From Candidatus Stercoripulliclostridium sp. (GTDB taxonomy: Bacteria; Bacillota; Clostridia; Christensenellales; DTU072): 64,000 nucleotides of DNA. This document shows, piece after piece, positions 60,195 through 64,000 of the stretch. The position numbers and the translations under genes are program-made. The stretch is from positions 48,964 to 112,963 of the forward strand of contig JAZNIY010000025.1 in NCBI GenBank assembly GCA_045577735.1, in the 5' to 3' direction. The notes below the pieces were generated by a model. The model saw nothing but the letters and a program-made list of their open reading frames with translations, was not told the DNA's origin and did not search any database. How positions within the stretch are numbered: position 1 is the first letter of the stretch; every line of letters starts with the position of its first letter.

Positions 60195-60250
60195 CCTCTT
60201 ACGTTTAGAAGGCGACCTATATGGGTCGCCTTTTTTTTATGTAAATAGGT

Positions 60251-60676
60251 TTCTATGAGAAAAAGTTGGAAATCCAAGAAAAATACCCCAATGCAGAGCA
60301 CTCTTTGACCGAGTTTGAAAAGGATTTAGCATTACAAAGATATCTAATTAAGACGGGACAAGAGGCCGAAGAAGAAGTTGACCATAGTATTCAAATTAAG
60401 CAAAAACTTGACAAGAAAGATACGATTATTGCGCAAGCAGAGGACGTTGTTCCAGAATCACCCGTTAAGGATAAGTTTAAAATAGCTTTTTACACTTCAC
60501 TTGCAGTCTTTGTTTTGGTTTCTTTAATTTGTTTCGCAGCAGGACCCGGAGTAGCATTCATTATGCTAGGCGTGACGGCTGTTATTTTTGGTGGTATTGG
60601 AGCATTCTTCCACAAGAAGCTTAAGGTAACTAAGGGCGCAGGAACTGACAAGGTGGCTAAAAACAATGGAAAATAA
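60251..60676 (+). pseudogene. 5'-truncated paralog of the C-terminal third of 58750-60087
   Basis: TEFEKDLAL vs TEYEKDLAL, D(V)VP/DVLP, two TMs; homology extends upstream of the TTG start. Confidence 0.65.
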
Positions 60677-61244
60677 TGAAGATATGATGCAACCCACTTT
60701 TGTGGAAAAGACCGAGCCGGAAGTTAAAGAAGCACCTATCGTTGTCAATGAGGAAAATGGTGGAAAGCCTAGCTTTAAGTTGGACAAAAAAGGCATTATC
60801 ATTCTAGTAATAAGTTGTGTTCTGGCGCTTGCATTTTTAATCACTGGTATAGTCCTACTAACAACAAATGGAAGGGATGCTTCTAGTGATGATAATAATA
60901 AAAATGACAATTCTTCCATAAATTTTGACAACGTGTATTATAATACAGCCTATTTGGATGATGATTATATCATTTATGCTCCCGGCGAAGACTATTACCA
61001 TTTTAAGTATTATTGTGGAGAAACTGCAAAAAGATACATATGCCTAGATGGTGGCGAGATTTGGTCCGTATACAAATCTTACAACGGTGATCAAGGGACA
61101 AAAACGGCTGTATCCGTTTATAGTGCGTTCATCGATGGCACCTATGACCTCGAATACTATTTTTATGCTGAAGCAGATGTAACTTACTACATCACCGTTG
61201 AAACGGAAAGCAGAGACGAAATAATATTAGAAATTAAAAGTTAA
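60666..61244 (+). CDS. Hypothetical membrane-anchored protein
   Basis: One TM, N/D-rich linker, Tyr-rich beta domain; terminator follows. Confidence 0.6.
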   Translation: MENNEDMMQPTFVEKTEPEVKEAPIVVNEENGGKPSFKLDKKGIIILVISCVLALAFLITGIVLLTTNGRDASSDDNNKNDNSSINFDNVYYNTAYLDDDYIIYAPGEDYYHFKYYCGETAKRYICLDGGEIWSVYKSYNGDQGTKTAVSVYSAFIDGTYDLEYYFYAEADVTYYITVETESRDEIILEIKS

Positions 61245-61337
61245 TAATTAAGCTTGAAGCAATGAATTAAAAGCAGTGGTTTGACCACTGCTTTTAATAT
61301 TGTTTTTTGAACTAGACTAACCAATAGGTATCCAAAA

Positions 61338-62201
61338 TCAAATACAAGGCTTACTGACGACCTCGTTTTCCTTTCCGTCTTCTAATATTTCAATAGGAAC
61401 GATCGTGCGGAATAGCTCTATGTCATAGTTAGGAATGAAGATTTCAAATTGTTCCCCGTCTATCTCTAGAAGAACTTTGTACAAGCTTTTAATTATATAA
61501 CCGCCTTGATCGTTTTTTCTAAGTTTGTAGGGCTTGTATTTTTCGCTTTTCACACCTTCTTCCTTGTTCCAATTAGAAATACTCTTACGCTTTTTTTTCA
61601 TCGTAATGGACTTGAAGCACTCGCGTGGAATAGCAAAAACCGAATAGCAGTCTGCAAAACATATTTTGCCATTTTCTTCAAAAACGTGTAATGGCACGTT
61701 TTGATATGAATTTGACCATATTTCTTTTTCTACTCCATGGTCGTTTTCTTTAACCATTGGGAAAATGACGTCGACAAAAACGGAGGTATCCGGCACTTTT
61801 AATTCTAAAATAGCCTGGTCCGTCAATTCGTTTATAACATCTAATTGAGAATTTAAAAGGGGGTCTTGTTTTAATTTATATTTACGAATTCCAATATATG
61901 CAAACAAACCTAAACCGGCTAGCAAGCAAGCTCCACAAATATAGAATAAATAAGGAGCGTGATTATAGGACTCCGTTATGGTAGCGTCACTATCTAAAAT
62001 ACCCTCAAGTATGCAAGCGCCAATAAACGTAATAACGCTAGCTAATATGCTTATCCACGTGGGCAGAGCCTTTTTAAAAGAAGTAGCAACAACTTCCTTA
62101 CTATCGTCCAATTTGGATTGGCTCTCTTCACTTAAAGAGCGAATTTCAAAGCGAGTATACGGAGCAGTACCATCTTTTTTTACGCCAAATAGATTTTTCA
62201 T
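61338..62201 (-). CDS. Hypothetical two-TM membrane protein
   Basis: 287-aa ORF with GAGGT RBS. Confidence 0.6.
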   Translation of the reverse strand: MKNLFGVKKDGTAPYTRFEIRSLSEESQSKLDDSKEVVATSFKKALPTWISILASVITFIGACILEGILDSDATITESYNHAPYLFYICGACLLAGLGLFAYIGIRKYKLKQDPLLNSQLDVINELTDQAILELKVPDTSVFVDVIFPMVKENDHGVEKEIWSNSYQNVPLHVFEENGKICFADCYSVFAIPRECFKSITMKKKRKSISNWNKEEGVKSEKYKPYKLRKNDQGGYIIKSLYKVLLEIDGEQFEIFIPNYDIELFRTIVPIEILEDGKENEVVSKPCI

Positions 62202-62274
62202 AATATACCTCTATTTAAGTATCGAACGTTTAAGAATCGTACTAATATATCAAATTGCTAAATTAGAATATGTA

Positions 62275-62694
62275 TTATTCAATTGTGAAATTTTCTGTTT
62301 TCAAATCACAATAGTATCTTCCGCTTTCTGCGTTAAATCTTAAAACGCAATAGTCTGGATCAGTAACACCACCTTTATAAAACATCGTGTCTCCTTTGTG
62401 CCAAATCATATCTTTCGTCTTTTGGTCGGTTAACACTTCTATTTTCCCCTTTAACAAAACACCTGTGTACTTAATCAAGCCTTTATGATAGAAGTAAATA
62501 CTAGCATTGGGATTATTCATATACTGTTTAACTCTCATGGAAGAAGTATTTGTTGAAAAATAAAACTGGCGCAAGCCATTGACTTTTCTCGGTCTAAGCA
62601 TCGCTTTTACGTTTGGAAATCCTTCTTCGTCAACAGAACAGATAAAAGCGACTTTTTGCTTCTTGATAAATTTTGCAATTTTGTTGTTATCCAT
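62275..62694 (-). CDS. Pyridoxamine 5'-phosphate oxidase-like FMN-binding protein (cargo)
   Basis: SVDEEGFP, YFSTNTSS..V, NPNASIYF, DPDYCVLRF. Confidence 0.85.
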   Translation of the reverse strand: MDNNKIAKFIKKQKVAFICSVDEEGFPNVKAMLRPRKVNGLRQFYFSTNTSSMRVKQYMNNPNASIYFYHKGLIKYTGVLLKGKIEVLTDQKTKDMIWHKGDTMFYKGGVTDPDYCVLRFNAESGRYYCDLKTENFTIE

Positions 62695-62740
62695 AAACAC
62701 TCCTCACATAAATTCAAATTTGTTTATATGCTTGACAAAA

Positions 62741-63154
62741 TCAATTGTACTCAAACTCAAAATCACCATTTATACATTTGCCAGTTGATTCGAGAACAAC
62801 GTAGATTGTTTTTTCGTTATCGTATTTATCATTAAGTATGATAGTTTCATCGTAGGATTTTCCGCCTTTAATTGTACGGAGCAATTCTTTTTCACCGTCA
62901 ACACCAATATAAACTTTCATTTCGCCTTCATCAAGGGTTGCTTCAATATCAAGCGTATGCTCAGCTACACCATCTCTTTTCAATTTGAAATTATACGTTC
63001 CATTAAATGTATCAAATTCCATACTCGCTTCATCGCCATGACACGAAGTAATCAAAATGGTTGCAGAATAATTCTTGACATATCCGCTACAACCGCAGAG
63101 GGTGGCAAGCGTGAGAACTATAAGCAATGCAAAACAAACTTTTTTCATATCCAT
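62741..63154 (-). CDS. Hypothetical lipoprotein (cargo)
   Basis: Lipobox LCGC. Confidence 0.65.
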   Translation of the reverse strand: MDMKKVCFALLIVLTLATLCGCSGYVKNYSATILITSCHGDEASMEFDTFNGTYNFKLKRDGVAEHTLDIEATLDEGEMKVYIGVDGEKELLRTIKGGKSYDETIILNDKYDNEKTIYVVLESTGKCINGDFEFEYN

Positions 63155-63259
63155 TTTCCTTTGTCAAATTCTAATTTATCTATCAACTATTAAATATAAT
63201 ATACCACATAAGAATAAGGAAATCAATAGGCATAAGGCGGGCTTGTCTTGGTAGAAGCC

Positions 63260-63573
63260 GTGGACGATAACGGACCGCGAAAGGCGGTCTCGCACTATAT
63301 GAAACATGTAATTAAGTTTGTAACACGTAATAGTGGCAGTTGGTGGAATGTACTTGAACGCTAAAGCGTTCACTTTCGCCAGGTTTTTGCTTAGCAAAAT
63401 GCCAAACTTGTTTTGGCTATAATGTGAGCAACGCGAACTAAAATTTGAACGAAGTGAGATACTCGCAAAAACTTGCGCACCGCGATTGCTTTGCAATAGC
63501 GGTGAAGGTCCGTTCGTCCGTCAACAAAACAAAAAAGCAACCTAAATTGGTTGCTTTCGTTTTGTTGGTGGAG
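63260..63573. repeat. Structured non-coding 'head' element, copy 3
   Basis: Homologous to 13061-13257 and 11069-11220. Confidence 0.9.
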
Positions 63574-63601
63574 TGATGATAGATATAATCGAACACTATT
63601 T

Positions 63602-64000
63602 TTATGTATTATTTCTTTTTCTAATCATCTCACTTTCTCGATATTGTTCTGCTTCGGCAGTATTTATAAAATCAACAGTTTTGTCATGGTTTTCTTCTAC
63701 TACTTTTTTTATTTCATCTAAAGTAACTCTAAAAAACTCTTTTCTGCCATTTATTAAATTTAATTTTTTGTCAGCAAAAGCAGTATGTAGTGCATGTTCT
63801 AATTTCGGAGCATCATCTGAGAAAATCATAGCATGAATATCATATCGAAAAGGTACGGAGGCGCCACTTAATTCAGCGATACGGTCTTCGGGTTCTAATC
63901 TTCTAGTCATTCCTATTTTGTAAACATTTTCTCCAAAGGCGCCAATGTTGGAAATAATATATACATATCCAGCACGATGATTTGCGGCACGATAATCTAA
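63602..64000 (-). CDS. T5orf172/GIY-YIG-like (DUF4041-type) protein, C-terminal part (runs off window)
   Basis: AGYVYIISNIGAFGENVYKIGMTRRLEP.DR..EL..ASVPF; frame stays open to 64000. Confidence 0.85.
   Translation of the reverse strand, partial: LDYRAANHRAGYVYIISNIGAFGENVYKIGMTRRLEPEDRIAELSGASVPFRYDIHAMIFSDDAPKLEHALHTAFADKKLNLINGRKEFFRVTLDEIKKVVEENHDKTVDFINTAEAEQYRESEMIRKRNNT

Larger units (their letters stand above)
62223..63597 (-). mobile_element. Gene-carrying unit homologous to the 9.5-13.4 kb array, with two cargo genes
   Basis: Tail 62223-62272, sites 62260/62710/63166, promoter, head 63260-63573, junction TGGTGGAG-N16-CGAACACT 63566-63597. Confidence 0.75.

Overview
Low-GC chromosomal window from what looks like an uncultured Clostridia-like anaerobe (inferred from gene content and SigA-type promoters). 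The backbone carries GH27/GH43 sugar genes, feoAB, a ZTP-riboswitch-controlled pur operon ending in fhs, an MMPL/FAD-oxidoreductase/FNR locus, galE, pheA and several transporters. Two accessory structures stand out. (1) An ~8.5 kb filamentous-phage-like (inovirus/plectrovirus-type) prophage at 13404-22000, with an HUH Rep, a Zot-like ATPase, small coat-like proteins and its own tyrosine integrase, inserted in tRNA-Ala(GGC) with a 46-bp duplication. (2) An integrase-less, tRNA-3'-end-anchored tandem array of gene-carrying units at 9522-13449, with a homologous unit at 62223-63597. The units are built from a shared parts list, and not every unit keeps every part: a structured 'head', a conserved promoter, 12-bp AAATT-NN-(A/T)ATTT sites bracketing 1-2 unrelated cargo genes, and a conserved tail that in intact copies ends in a pseudo-tRNA GTGTTCG-N16-CTCCACCA junction. 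This resembles an integron-like capture platform that I do not recognise from described systems. Also seen: a guanidine-IV-type riboswitch before a PnuC-family gene, a Phe-rich leader-peptide attenuator before pheA, a macro-TIR fusion gene and a direct-repeat-flanked orphan immunity-like gene. All calls come from reading the sequence by eye; no searches were run.
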